From: an uncultured Thermococci archaeon | Lineage (GTDB): Archaea > Methanobacteriota_B > Thermococci > Thermococcales > Thermococcaceae | Assembly (NCBI GenBank): GCA_964487115.1 | Contig: CAZAPD010000019.1 | Coordinates: 1-26,008 of the forward strand | Length of the DNA: 26,008 nt | Direction of reading: 5' to 3' | In this document: positions 17,097-26,008 of the stretch, piece after piece | Numbering within the stretch: the first letter of the stretch is position 1 | Layout: the number at the start of each line of letters is the position of its first letter | The notes under the pieces: generated by a model | What the model saw: only the letters and a program-made list of their open reading frames with translations | Told to the model about the DNA's origin: nothing | Databases searched by the model: none | Made by a program: the position numbers and the translations under genes

Positions 17097-17963
17097 ATGG
17101 GGATTGAGTTATGGCTTAGGACAGGTCTCCTCATGGGGATAATGACCGGCCTCTTAATGGCTATTGGATACATCATAGGAGGACCAACTTGGATGTTCTT
17201 TGCGTTCATGTTTGCGTTAGTGCTGAACTTCTTCTCCTACTGGTACAGCGATAGACTTGTACTGGGATGGTATCATGCTCAAATCTTAGATGAAATGGAA
17301 GCCCCTGAGCTATATCGTATAGTTGAGGGACTCGCCAAAGAAGCGGGAATACCAACGCCAAGAATTGCGATAATTCCCACAGATACCCCCAATGCTTTCG
17401 CCACGGGAAGAAATCCACAGCATGCTGTGGTTGCAGTTACAAGGGGCCTACTAAGGATACTCAACAAGGAAGAACTTGAGGGAGTCCTATCACATGAGAT
17501 AAGCCATATAAAGAATAGAGACATACTGATTGGGACACTTGCTGCGGTTATGGCGGGAGCAATTATACAGCTCGCTTACTGGGCAAGATGGATAGCAATA
17601 TTTGGTGGGTTTGGTGGTGATAGAGATAATGACAACATTATAACCGCCCTTCTCATAGCCATCCTTGCTCCTCTTGCAGCCGCACTTATTCAAGCTGCCA
17701 TAAGCCGCTCAAGGGAATACCTGGCAGATGAAACAGGGGCGAAGATAAGTGGAAAACCATGGGCACTTGCAAGTGCTCTGGCCAAGATAGATCACACAGT
17801 TAGATTAAGACCACTCCGCGATGGAAATCCCGCAACAGCCCACATGTTTATCATAAACCCTTTCGCAGGAGGAATAGCGAATCTGTTTTCAACTCACCCA
17901 CCAACAGAGAAAAGGATTGAGAGACTCAGAAAAATCGCTGAGAGCATGGGGATGGCCTTCTGA
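17097..17963 (+). CDS. htpX: Zinc metalloprotease HtpX (M48)
   Basis: [33 protein letters not shown] helices. Confidence 0.95.
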   Translation: MGIELWLRTGLLMGIMTGLLMAIGYIIGGPTWMFFAFMFALVLNFFSYWYSDRLVLGWYHAQILDEMEAPELYRIVEGLAKEAGIPTPRIAIIPTDTPNAFATGRNPQHAVVAVTRGLLRILNKEELEGVLSHEISHIKNRDILIGTLAAVMAGAIIQLAYWARWIAIFGGFGGDRDNDNIITALLIAILAPLAAALIQAAISRSREYLADETGAKISGKPWALASALAKIDHTVRLRPLRDGNPATAHMFIINPFAGGIANLFSTHPPTEKRIERLRKIAESMGMAF

Positions 17964-17972
17964 GGGAGGCAC

Positions 17973-18629
17973 ATGAGAATAATTGCAATTACAGATATCC
18001 ATGGAAGGAGCGAGAAGGCAGAAAAGCTTGCAAAAGCATTGAGAAGAATGGAGTTCGACCTCATCTTAATAGCGGGAGATCTGACAAACTTTCAGGGAAG
18101 GGAAAAGGCCGAAGCAGTGCTTGGTCCTATCCTCTCACTCCAAAGACCTATTTTTTCAGTTTTTGGAAACTGTGATGGACGAGATGTGCCAGAGTTTCTA
18201 ATGGAGAAAGGAGTGCTTGTCCACGGCAGGAGAGTCGAATTTAATGGCGTGGGTATCATCGGTTTAGGAGGCTCCAATAGAACACCTTTTGGGACAATCT
18301 GGGAGTTCGAAGAGGAAGAAATAAGGAGAGTGCTGGAGCGGAACTACCGGGATGGGGATATAATACTCTCTCATGCTCCCCCGTATAAAACAAAAGCAGA
18401 TAGAGTTCATTTCGGCATGCATGTTGGAAGCAGAGCCTTGAGAGCATTTATCGAAGAGAAGCAACCTCCTCTCGTTATAACAGGACATATTCATGAGGGG
18501 AGAAGTGTTGATAATATAGGAAAAACCGTCATCGTAAATCCCGGTCCTCTATTCAGGGGGTACTACGCCGTTGTCGAGATAGGAGAGAGAATCTCTGCAA
18601 AGCTTGATAGACTTCTGAGCGGCAGATAA
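17973..18629 (+). CDS. Calcineurin-like metallophosphoesterase
   Basis: TDIHG, AGDLT, GNCD, SHAPP, GHIHE, NPG. Confidence 0.92.
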   Translation: MRIIAITDIHGRSEKAEKLAKALRRMEFDLILIAGDLTNFQGREKAEAVLGPILSLQRPIFSVFGNCDGRDVPEFLMEKGVLVHGRRVEFNGVGIIGLGGSNRTPFGTIWEFEEEEIRRVLERNYRDGDIILSHAPPYKTKADRVHFGMHVGSRALRAFIEEKQPPLVITGHIHEGRSVDNIGKTVIVNPGPLFRGYYAVVEIGERISAKLDRLLSGR

Positions 18630-18670
18630 GGGATGCTGAGAAAATGAAATAAAAACAAGAGAGGAGAAGA

Positions 18671-19837
18671 TTAAGCGAGACCTTTTGTTTTCAGCACTTT
18701 CTCCATTCTCTCCATAGCTTCTTCAAGCTTTTCATATGCAGTGGCATAGCTGATTCTTATGTATCCTTCTCCAGATTTTCCAAAGGCGCTCCCTGGGACC
18801 ACCACCACTTTTGCTTCTCTAATCACGAGTTCGCTGAACTCCTTACTGCTTAAACCTGTACTCCGGATCCTCGGGAAGATGTAGAAGGCTCCCTTTGGTT
18901 TAACCGTTGGAAGTCCCATCTCATTAAGACGCTTCCATACAAGGTTTCTCCTTCGATTGTATTCCCGGCGCATTTCCTCAACAGCCTTCCAACTTCTTTC
19001 ATCCCTCAGACCCTTGGCGGCTGCATATTGAACAAATGTAACAGGACAGGTTGCATTATACATCTGGAACCGGGTCATCCTCTCAATTATCCACTCAGGG
19101 GCTGCAACAAAACCCAAACGCCAACCAGTCATGGCAAATGTCTTAGAGAAGCCGTTGATTGTGAGGGTGCGCTCAAACATGCCGTCGAGGGAAGCTATGC
19201 TGTAATGTTTTGCATCATAGATGAAATACTCATAGACTTCATCACTCAAAACCATGAGGTCGTGTTCAAATACAAAATCTGCAATTTCTTCAAGGTCTTT
19301 CTTTGTTAAAACCGCTCCTGTTGGATTATTTGGGCTGTTTATGAGCAAAGCTTTTGTTTTTTTCGTTACGTACTTTTCTAACTCATCAACACTCAGCCTA
19401 AACTCGTTTTCCTCGTAAGTGGGGACTTCAACAGGCTTTCCACCAGCTAAAATTACTGCGGGGGCATAACTAACGAACATGGGTGAGGGGATGAGAACCT
19501 CATCATTATCCTTAAGAAATGTTGCAAAACCCATGAGCAAAGCCTGATTTGCTCCGACAGTTATCATAACCTGTGTCTTTGGATTAACATCGATTCCATT
19601 GTCCCTCTTCAGCTTCTCGGCCACTGCTTCTCTGAGCTCCATGATGCCTGCATTGGGGCTATAATGTGTCATACCTTCATCAAGAGCTTTTTTTGCGTAT
19701 TCCTTGATGTGCTCGGGAGTATCAAAATCAGGCTCACCGATACCCAGTGAGATTACCCCCTCAATACCCTGAGCTAAATCAAAAAGCTTCCTAATTTCAG
19801 AAGGATTTACACGTTCTAATACATCACTCAGCGCCAT
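18671..19837 (-). CDS. Class I PLP-dependent aminotransferase (aromatic amino acid aminotransferase type)
   Basis: LGIGEPDFDTP, NSPNNPTG, SDEVYE, GFSKTFAMTGWRLG. GGTGA RBS before ATG 19837. Confidence 0.92.
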   Translation of the reverse strand: MALSDVLERVNPSEIRKLFDLAQGIEGVISLGIGEPDFDTPEHIKEYAKKALDEGMTHYSPNAGIMELREAVAEKLKRDNGIDVNPKTQVMITVGANQALLMGFATFLKDNDEVLIPSPMFVSYAPAVILAGGKPVEVPTYEENEFRLSVDELEKYVTKKTKALLINSPNNPTGAVLTKKDLEEIADFVFEHDLMVLSDEVYEYFIYDAKHYSIASLDGMFERTLTINGFSKTFAMTGWRLGFVAAPEWIIERMTRFQMYNATCPVTFVQYAAAKGLRDERSWKAVEEMRREYNRRRNLVWKRLNEMGLPTVKPKGAFYIFPRIRSTGLSSKEFSELVIREAKVVVVPGSAFGKSGEGYIRISYATAYEKLEEAMERMEKVLKTKGLA

Positions 19838-19963
19838 GAGAATCACCATAATGAGGTCGCAGGGAGAGCTTATAATTTTGCCGCTGTAAAATATTCGATG
19901 AAATAAAAATATACTCGAAAAACTTTGGAGATAACATTAAATGTAGCGAAGTATCTGAGAAGA

Positions 19964-21574
19964 TTAGCGTTTCCACACCACAAATTTCCCAGCTACCAGT
20001 AAATCGAGTTTCGCCTTTCTGAAGGTTCTCAATGCATCCTCTAATGAGCAAACTATGGGTTCACCATGCATATTGAAGCTCGTGTTAAGAACGGCTCCGA
20101 GGCCAGTTTCCCGCTCGAAGAATTTAATAACGCTGTAATAATCAGGATTGATTTCCTTCTTCACTGCTTGGGGCCTCGTCGTGCCGTCAACGTGAACCAC
20201 GGCAGGAGCAAGCTCTCTAAACTCCTCTTTCGCTACATAATCCATTGTCATAAACTCATTCGGCTTTCCGTTGAGGTCTTCGAGGTATTCTTCGGCTCTT
20301 TCCCACAGGAGAGATGGTGCGAAAGGCTGAAAAACATCGCGGTTCAATGCAATGTTGAGTTTTTCTTTAATTCCCTCCGTTCTTGGGTCGGCTAAAATGG
20401 AGCGGTTCCCCAAAGCTCTCGGTCCGAACTCCATCGCCCCCTGGAAGAAGCCAACGAGCTTTCCTTCTGCAAGAGCATCCGCTACAAAGCTGGAAACATC
20501 GGTCTCTTCAAATTCAATGCCATTTTTTCTTAGAATGGTCTCAACGTCATTCGTTGAATATTCCGGACCGAGATAAACATGTTCTAACTTAAACGGCTTC
20601 CATCTTCCATCGAGCCTCTCCAGTTGACTCTTGACAAAAATTGCCGCTCCAAAAGCTAAACCCCCATCATCCATCGCCGGAAAGACCCAGAGATTGTCAT
20701 CCCCAAATACATGCCTCAGTACAGCGTTTGCCTTGACATTCTGGGCAACCCCACCGGCATAGGCGAGCAGATGGCCTCTACCCTTCAATTTAAGTCCCAG
20801 CTCCCCAATGAGCATCTCAAGATGCTCCTGCACGCTGGCCGCTATCTCTATCGCTTTCCTCTGGAGCTTGCCATTGAGTTCCCCACACTTCATCCGGTTC
20901 GCTATCTCTTTCGCCCTTGATAGCGGGTAGCCAAAGAATTCGGCGAGTCTTTTTGTTGCTTCCACACCGATAACCTTGAGGTGGTTGTCGAAGCCCAGTC
21001 CGTTCAGCTCAATTATCGCGCTCAAATCGTAGCTCGGCCTCCCGTAGGCGGCGAGGCTCATGACCTTGCCCTCGTGGTGCATCGGCCTGAAGCCAAGAAG
21101 TTCTGTGACCGAGGCATAGAAGTCGCCGGGGGAGTCGAGGTATGTACTCTGCGCGATTCTAACCATTTCACCGTCATTGGCAACGTATATTGACGAGCTC
21201 AGCCCATCTCCTGCAGCATCGATGCTGATTGCAAGGGCATCGCGCCAGCCCGAGGTGTAGTAGGCGGAAGCTGAGTGAGCGAGGTGGTGCTCAACGAAGA
21301 GAATCTTCTCCTTGAATTTCTGCCCAAATATTGCTTTAAGATTCTCTTCAAGCTTAAGGAGGCGTTTTTGCTTCCTGAATATGCCCGCAACAGCAATGGT
21401 TTCAACGTCTTCTGGACTGGCCTTTGCCATCTCCATAACTTTTCTCACGCTCAGGAAAGGGAACCCTCGGTATTTCTTAACTCTGTTAAGTCGCTCCTCG
21501 TTAACGGCGAATATTCTGTCATCATCTATGAGGACTGCACCCGCATCGTGACCGTCGTGGATTCCAAGAATCAT
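19964..21574 (-). CDS. NodU/CmcH/TobZ-family O-carbamoyltransferase
   Basis: GHDAGA, EERLNR.K, EHHLAH, EGKVM.LA.YG, GGVAQNVKAN, EFGPRALGNRSILADP, HVDGTTRPQ, LNTSFN.HGEPIV. Confidence 0.93.
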   Translation of the reverse strand: MILGIHDGHDAGAVLIDDDRIFAVNEERLNRVKKYRGFPFLSVRKVMEMAKASPEDVETIAVAGIFRKQKRLLKLEENLKAIFGQKFKEKILFVEHHLAHSASAYYTSGWRDALAISIDAAGDGLSSSIYVANDGEMVRIAQSTYLDSPGDFYASVTELLGFRPMHHEGKVMSLAAYGRPSYDLSAIIELNGLGFDNHLKVIGVEATKRLAEFFGYPLSRAKEIANRMKCGELNGKLQRKAIEIAASVQEHLEMLIGELGLKLKGRGHLLAYAGGVAQNVKANAVLRHVFGDDNLWVFPAMDDGGLAFGAAIFVKSQLERLDGRWKPFKLEHVYLGPEYSTNDVETILRKNGIEFEETDVSSFVADALAEGKLVGFFQGAMEFGPRALGNRSILADPRTEGIKEKLNIALNRDVFQPFAPSLLWERAEEYLEDLNGKPNEFMTMDYVAKEEFRELAPAVVHVDGTTRPQAVKKEINPDYYSVIKFFERETGLGAVLNTSFNMHGEPIVCSLEDALRTFRKAKLDLLVAGKFVVWKR

Positions 21575-21683
21575 GATGATGCATTCTATCTTTGTTTTTT
21601 AAATCTTGGGGGAGGAAAGAATATTGCTATCATGTTTAATGGTATCCCAATAATAACAGACCTCTCAGGAGTAATAAAAAAGA

Positions 21684-23123
21684 TCAATAGGTTCTTGCAA
21701 ACCTTGCTATAAACTTAGCTTCTTTTCCGCAGTGGGCGCATTTCTTTCCTTCAATCTCTGCTTCCTTCTCAGGATATGGAATACCAAGCATTTTAGCATC
21801 GAGAATTTCTTCCATCTCAAGGCCACAATTTTCTTCGCCACACCATGGAAGTTCGACAATTCCCCTCCTGTCCTCAAAAACTCCCTTTGCTTCCTCAAGA
21901 GTATCTACACGTTTGATGTGGCTCTCAAGAAACTTCTTTGCTCGGTCATAAAGACTCCTGTGGATATCATCAAGAGTTTCTCTGACTTTACCAATCAACT
22001 CGTTCCTGTTAATTGTGAATTTTTCAAGGGTATCTCTTCTTGCAAGCACTGCTTTCCCGTTTTCAATATCCCGTGGGCCCACTTCAATACGTAGTGGCAC
22101 ACCCTTAAGCTCCCAGTCGTAGAACTTTCTCCCCGGTCTTATGTCGCGTTCATCAACGTGAACACGGAAACCTGTCCTTTTAAGCTCCTCTGCAATTCCC
22201 CTTGCATAAGCATACACATCATATTGGGAGTCCTTCTTTGGAATCGGCACAACAACAACCTGAACTGGAGCTATGGCAGGAGGTAAAACGAGTCCTCTAT
22301 CATCCCCATGAACTGCCATGACAGCCGCTAAAAGACGTTCGCTCATTCCGTAGGTAGTCTGATGCACATATTCATGCTCACCTCCTTCGGTCTCATACTG
22401 GATGTTGTATGCTTTTGCAAAGTTCTGCTTGTAATTATGCATCGTTCCGATCTGAAGGGTTCTCCCATCAGGCATCACAACTTCTGCACCAAGGGAATAG
22501 AAAGCCCCTGGGAACTTATCCCACTCAGGCCTCTTTGATACAATGTATGGCATCGCCAGTTTCTTCATGAGTCTTCCGAATATTTCAAGATCCTCCTTTA
22601 TCTGTCTCTCGGCATCCTCAAAGCTATCGTGAGCAGTGTGAGCCTCAAAGAACCTGCTTATCTCCCTAACTCTGATTAAAGGCCTTGTGTGCTTGGTCTC
22701 GTAGCGATAGACGTTGACTATCTGATATATTTTGAATGGCAGGTCTGCATGGGAGCGGATCCAGAGGGAGAACATGGAATACATAGCAGTCTCACTGGTG
22801 GGCCTCATGATCAGCCTTACTTCCAGCGGGTCATGACCTGCATGAGTTACCCAGAAAACCTCACCTTCGAAACCGGCTATGTGCTCAGCCTCCTTCTGGA
22901 ATTCGGTTTCTGGGATCAAGGCAGGGAAGAGAACCTCATTATGTCCAGTTCGCTCCATTTCCTCATGAATAAAGCGTTCTATGTTGCGCATAATCCTCAG
23001 ACCATAGGGTAGCCATATGTTCATCCCTTTGACCGGATACCTTTTATCCTGAATCTCAGCTGTCTCGATAAGCTCGTTATACCACTCGCTGAACTCTTCG
23101 CTCCACCTTTTCCTCTCGACCAT
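21684..23123 (-). CDS. proS: Proline--tRNA ligase, archaeal/eukaryotic type
   Basis: [50 protein letters not shown]-terminal Zn Cys motifs and ARTY. Confidence 0.97.
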   Translation of the reverse strand: MVERKRWSEEFSEWYNELIETAEIQDKRYPVKGMNIWLPYGLRIMRNIERFIHEEMERTGHNEVLFPALIPETEFQKEAEHIAGFEGEVFWVTHAGHDPLEVRLIMRPTSETAMYSMFSLWIRSHADLPFKIYQIVNVYRYETKHTRPLIRVREISRFFEAHTAHDSFEDAERQIKEDLEIFGRLMKKLAMPYIVSKRPEWDKFPGAFYSLGAEVVMPDGRTLQIGTMHNYKQNFAKAYNIQYETEGGEHEYVHQTTYGMSERLLAAVMAVHGDDRGLVLPPAIAPVQVVVVPIPKKDSQYDVYAYARGIAEELKRTGFRVHVDERDIRPGRKFYDWELKGVPLRIEVGPRDIENGKAVLARRDTLEKFTINRNELIGKVRETLDDIHRSLYDRAKKFLESHIKRVDTLEEAKGVFEDRRGIVELPWCGEENCGLEMEEILDAKMLGIPYPEKEAEIEGKKCAHCGKEAKFIARFARTY

Positions 23124-23226
23124 TAACACCACCTGAGGGAAAGAGAACTTTAGACGTTTTTAATCTTTCGCTAACGCTAAAAAGATTTATTAGTTCGTTT
23201 CGATAAACATCTAATCAGGTGATACC

Positions 23227-24228
23227 ATGAGACCGAAAGTTGCGGTGCTGTTCAAGATGAAGAGGAGGCCTGTGGAGGAACTTAAAAAATACGCAGATGT
23301 TGAGTTCATTTTATATCCCAACATCGATGAGATTGAAGAAAGGATAGATGAGTTTGATGGTGTCATTCTCTCCCCGCTGAATCCTTTCCCCCGCGAGGTC
23401 ATCGAGAGGGCCGAAAAGCTAACGGTTATCAGCTGTCATTCAGCGGGCTACGACCACGTCGACGTGAAGGCCGCCACCGAGAGGGGAATATACGTCACAA
23501 AGGTGAGCGGTGTTCTAAGCGAGGCAGTCGCCGAGTTCGCAGTCGGCCTGACCATAGCCCTCCTCAGGAAGATAGCCTACACCGACAGGTTCATCCGCTC
23601 CGGAAAGTGGGAGTCTCACAGAGTAATATGGAGCGGCTTCAAGGACATTGAGACCGTTTACGGCAAAACCGTCGGGATACTTGGCATGGGGGCGATAGGG
23701 AAGGCCATAGCCCAGAGAATGAAGGCGATGGGGACGGAGATACTCTACTGGTCGCGCTCAAGGAAGCGGGATATAGAGGAGGAGGTCGGTGCAAGGTACC
23801 TCCCCCTCGACGGCGTCCTGAGGGAGAGCGAGGTCGTTATCCTGGCCCTCCCGGCCACGAGAGAAACTTACCACATAATCAACGAGGAAAGGCTGGAACT
23901 CCTTGAAGGAAAATACCTCGTCAACATCGGGCGCGGGAGCCTGGTGGATGAGAATGCCATCGTGAAGGCGCTCGAGGAAGGGAAACTGAAAGGCTACGCC
24001 ACGGACGTCTTCGAGAGGGAACCGGTTACCGAGCACGAGCTCTTCAGGCACGAGTGGGAGACGGTTTTAACGCCCCACTACGCGGGCCTCTCGAAGGAGG
24101 CGATGGAGGACATGGGCTTCCAGGCGGTAAGGAACCTCCTGGCTGTTCTCCGCGGTGAGGTTCCAGAGACACTCGTGAACCGCGAAGTACTCAAAATCCG
24201 CCCGCCGGAGAAGGTCAGGATGCTCTGA
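23227..24228 (+). CDS. D-isomer-specific 2-hydroxyacid dehydrogenase (glyoxylate reductase-like)
   Basis: SAGYDHVD, GILGMGAIG, VNIGRG, DVFEREP, LTPHYAG. Confidence 0.92.
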   Translation: MRPKVAVLFKMKRRPVEELKKYADVEFILYPNIDEIEERIDEFDGVILSPLNPFPREVIERAEKLTVISCHSAGYDHVDVKAATERGIYVTKVSGVLSEAVAEFAVGLTIALLRKIAYTDRFIRSGKWESHRVIWSGFKDIETVYGKTVGILGMGAIGKAIAQRMKAMGTEILYWSRSRKRDIEEEVGARYLPLDGVLRESEVVILALPATRETYHIINEERLELLEGKYLVNIGRGSLVDENAIVKALEEGKLKGYATDVFEREPVTEHELFRHEWETVLTPHYAGLSKEAMEDMGFQAVRNLLAVLRGEVPETLVNREVLKIRPPEKVRML

Positions 24229-24237
24229 GGTGGTTGT

Positions 24238-25233
24238 ATGCTCGTCGATGAGCTGAGGGAAATCACCCGGGTTCCGGGGATTTCCGGCTACGAGGAAAAT
24301 GTCAGGGAGAAGATTGAGGAGTGGGTCGAGCCGTACGCCGACTACACCGTCGATACCATTGGAAACCTGCTCGTCGAGCTCGGCGAGGGCGAGCTAAAGG
24401 CCATCTTCATGGCCCACATGGACGAGATAGGGCTTCTCGTGACGGGTATAAGGCCTGACGGAAAGCTGACCTTCAGGAAAATCGGCGGCATAGACGACAG
24501 GCTGCTTTACGGCAGGCACCTCGACGTGATAACCGAGAGCGGGAAGTTCGACGGCGTCATCGGCGCCCTGCCGGTACACCTCAATCTTGAGCGGAAGTTC
24601 GACACAGTCCCATGGAGCAAGCTCGCCATAGACATCGGGGCGGAGAGCAGGGAGGAGGCTGAAGAGCTCGGCGTTAAGGTTCTCGACTACGCGGTCTTCA
24701 AGAAGCACTTCGCGGTTCTCAACGGCCGCTACGTCTCCACCCGCTCCCTCGATGACCGCTTTGGGGTCGTTGCCCTCGTGGAGGCGATAAAGGATCTGGT
24801 GGACCACGACCTCGACGGGCGCTTCATCTTCGCCTTCACCGTGCAGGAGGAGATTGGCCTCAAGGGCGCCCGCTTTTTGGCGGAGCACTACACCCCGAAG
24901 TACGCCTTCGCCGTCGATTCCTTTGCCTGCTGTGGCGAGCTAACGGGTGACGTCCGCCTCGGCGGAGGAGCGGTGATAAGGGCAGTGGACAACTCGGCCA
25001 TCTACACGAGGAAGCTCGCCAGAAAGGTTGCCGAGATAGCGTCGAGGAACGGGATTCCCCTCCAGATTGGGGTGACCGGCGGCGGAACGGACGCGTCAGT
25101 CTTCCAGGGCAAGAGTGAGGTTCTCGCTTTGAGCGTTCCGATGAGGTACCTCCACAGTGAGGTCGAGACCCTCCATCTGGCCGACCTTGAGGCACTGATA
25201 AAGCTTATAGAGGCAATTGCCTTCGAACTGTAA
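24238..25233 (+). CDS. M42 family (TET-like) metallo-aminopeptidase
   Basis: PGISGYE, AHMDEIG, LDDRFG, TVQEEIGLKGA, GGTDA, RYLHS. Confidence 0.93.
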   Translation: MLVDELREITRVPGISGYEENVREKIEEWVEPYADYTVDTIGNLLVELGEGELKAIFMAHMDEIGLLVTGIRPDGKLTFRKIGGIDDRLLYGRHLDVITESGKFDGVIGALPVHLNLERKFDTVPWSKLAIDIGAESREEAEELGVKVLDYAVFKKHFAVLNGRYVSTRSLDDRFGVVALVEAIKDLVDHDLDGRFIFAFTVQEEIGLKGARFLAEHYTPKYAFAVDSFACCGELTGDVRLGGGAVIRAVDNSAIYTRKLARKVAEIASRNGIPLQIGVTGGGTDASVFQGKSEVLALSVPMRYLHSEVETLHLADLEALIKLIEAIAFEL

Positions 25234-25275
25234 GCTTTAAATACAACCTGCACATAAGTGGGATTGGTGGGAGAA

Positions 25276-25530
25276 GTGGGACTAACGAGGATAGACACCA
25301 AGGGAAGGATAGTAATCCCGAAGGAAATCCGGAAGAGGATGGGCATCAAGCCCGGTGAGGAGTTCCTGATAACGGAGATAGATGGAGACACCATAGTCAT
25401 AAAGCGCTTTGACGTCAGGAAGATGCTCAAGGAGATTATGAAGAACGCCAGAGGGCTGGATCTCGACGAACTTGAAGGGGAGATAGAAAAAGAGGGGAAC
25501 AGGGTTGCAAAGGAGCTCTACGACCTCTAA
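25276..25530 (+). CDS. vapB: AbrB/MazE-type antitoxin (VapB)
   Basis: IDTKGRIVIPKEIRKRMGIKPGEE AbrB motif. Probable GTG start at 25276. Overlaps the downstream PIN gene. Confidence 0.85.
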   Translation: MGLTRIDTKGRIVIPKEIRKRMGIKPGEEFLITEIDGDTIVIKRFDVRKMLKEIMKNARGLDLDELEGEIEKEGNRVAKELYDL

Positions 25531-25933
25531 GTTCCTTCTCGACACTAACGTCTTCATTGCGGCTGTGAAAAAGGGCTGGACCGACACCACCGAGCTAATA
25601 CTCCGCCTCCTTTCGAGCCAAGAATACCGCATCGTCGGGAACAACGTTCTCCTCGCGGAGTATCGAAAATACGCCGAGCGCCTAAACGCCCGGGACTTCT
25701 ACGAGTTCCTGAGGTTAAGGATGGAGATGGTCAATCCCACCAGGGAGGAGGTGCTCAGGCTTCTCCCCTACTTTCCCCCGAGCCAGATGGCGGATGCCGT
25801 CCATGCCGCCACGTGCCTGAAGACGGGGGCTGTTTTGATAACCAACGACAGGCATTTTGATAGGGTTGCAGAGGAAGGCCTGATAGAGGTGTGGGACATA
25901 AGTAAAGCGATACGGAAGATCCTAAGGAGGTGA
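25505..25933 (+). CDS. vapC: PIN-domain toxin (VapC)
   Basis: FLLDTNVF, LAEY, ADAVHAA, LITNDRHF acidic PIN motifs. Confidence 0.88.
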   Translation: MQRSSTTSKFLLDTNVFIAAVKKGWTDTTELILRLLSSQEYRIVGNNVLLAEYRKYAERLNARDFYEFLRLRMEMVNPTREEVLRLLPYFPPSQMADAVHAATCLKTGAVLITNDRHFDRVAEEGLIEVWDISKAIRKILRR

Positions 25934-25937
25934 TTCC

Positions 25938-26008
25938 TTGCTCAAATACGTCTCCTACTTCGCAGTCGGGATATTCATCGGCATCCTCGCGGCGCTCTTC
26001 GGCCTCGG
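25938..26008 (+). CDS. 5' fragment of a probable TauE/SafE (TSUP) family membrane transporter, truncated by the window end
   Basis: GGAGGTGA RBS then TTG; translates MLKYVSYFAVGIFIGILAALFGLG, matching the family's first helix before G.GGG. Not in the ORF track. Confidence 0.6.
   Translation, partial: MLKYVSYFAVGIFIGILAALFGL

Noticed and set aside
21572..21683. Possible C/D sRNA starting at ATGATGA near 21573
   Set aside because: No suitably spaced CTGA D or D' boxes; it overlaps the carbamoyltransferase start.

Overview
This is a chromosomal segment of a hyperthermophilic archaeon of the order Thermococcales. The assignment rests on GGTGA/GGAGG ribosome-binding sites, BRE/TATA promoters, archaeal-type MAT, ProRS and CTP-dependent riboflavin kinase, and K-turn guide RNAs. 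It holds about 30 genes, mostly housekeeping (cbiZ, ribK/rbkR, nfi, translin, mat, AK6 kinase, htpX, aromatic aminotransferase, carbamoyltransferase, proS, 2-hydroxyacid dehydrogenase, M42 peptidase, a vapBC pair). Two small RNA genes are missing from the ORF track: a two-hairpin H/ACA guide (4962-5123, -) and a box C/D guide (8822-8876, +), and their targets can be inferred by complementarity. The best candidate for an undescribed system is a self-contained four-gene operon at 63-3615 (-). It encodes a Cas2/VapD-like ferredoxin-fold protein, a long coiled-coil protein ending in a restriction-endonuclease-like domain plus a winged helix, and two paralogous, translationally coupled Snf7/ESCRT-III-like proteins, with no Vps4 ATPase in the operon. 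Also notable: an AT-rich UbiA/regulator/pseudo-KaiC cassette and abrupt GC shifts inside genes that suggest recombination with a higher-GC Thermococcus. All family calls come from reading motifs by eye; no database searches were run. Several start codons were moved from the ORF track using RBS position.
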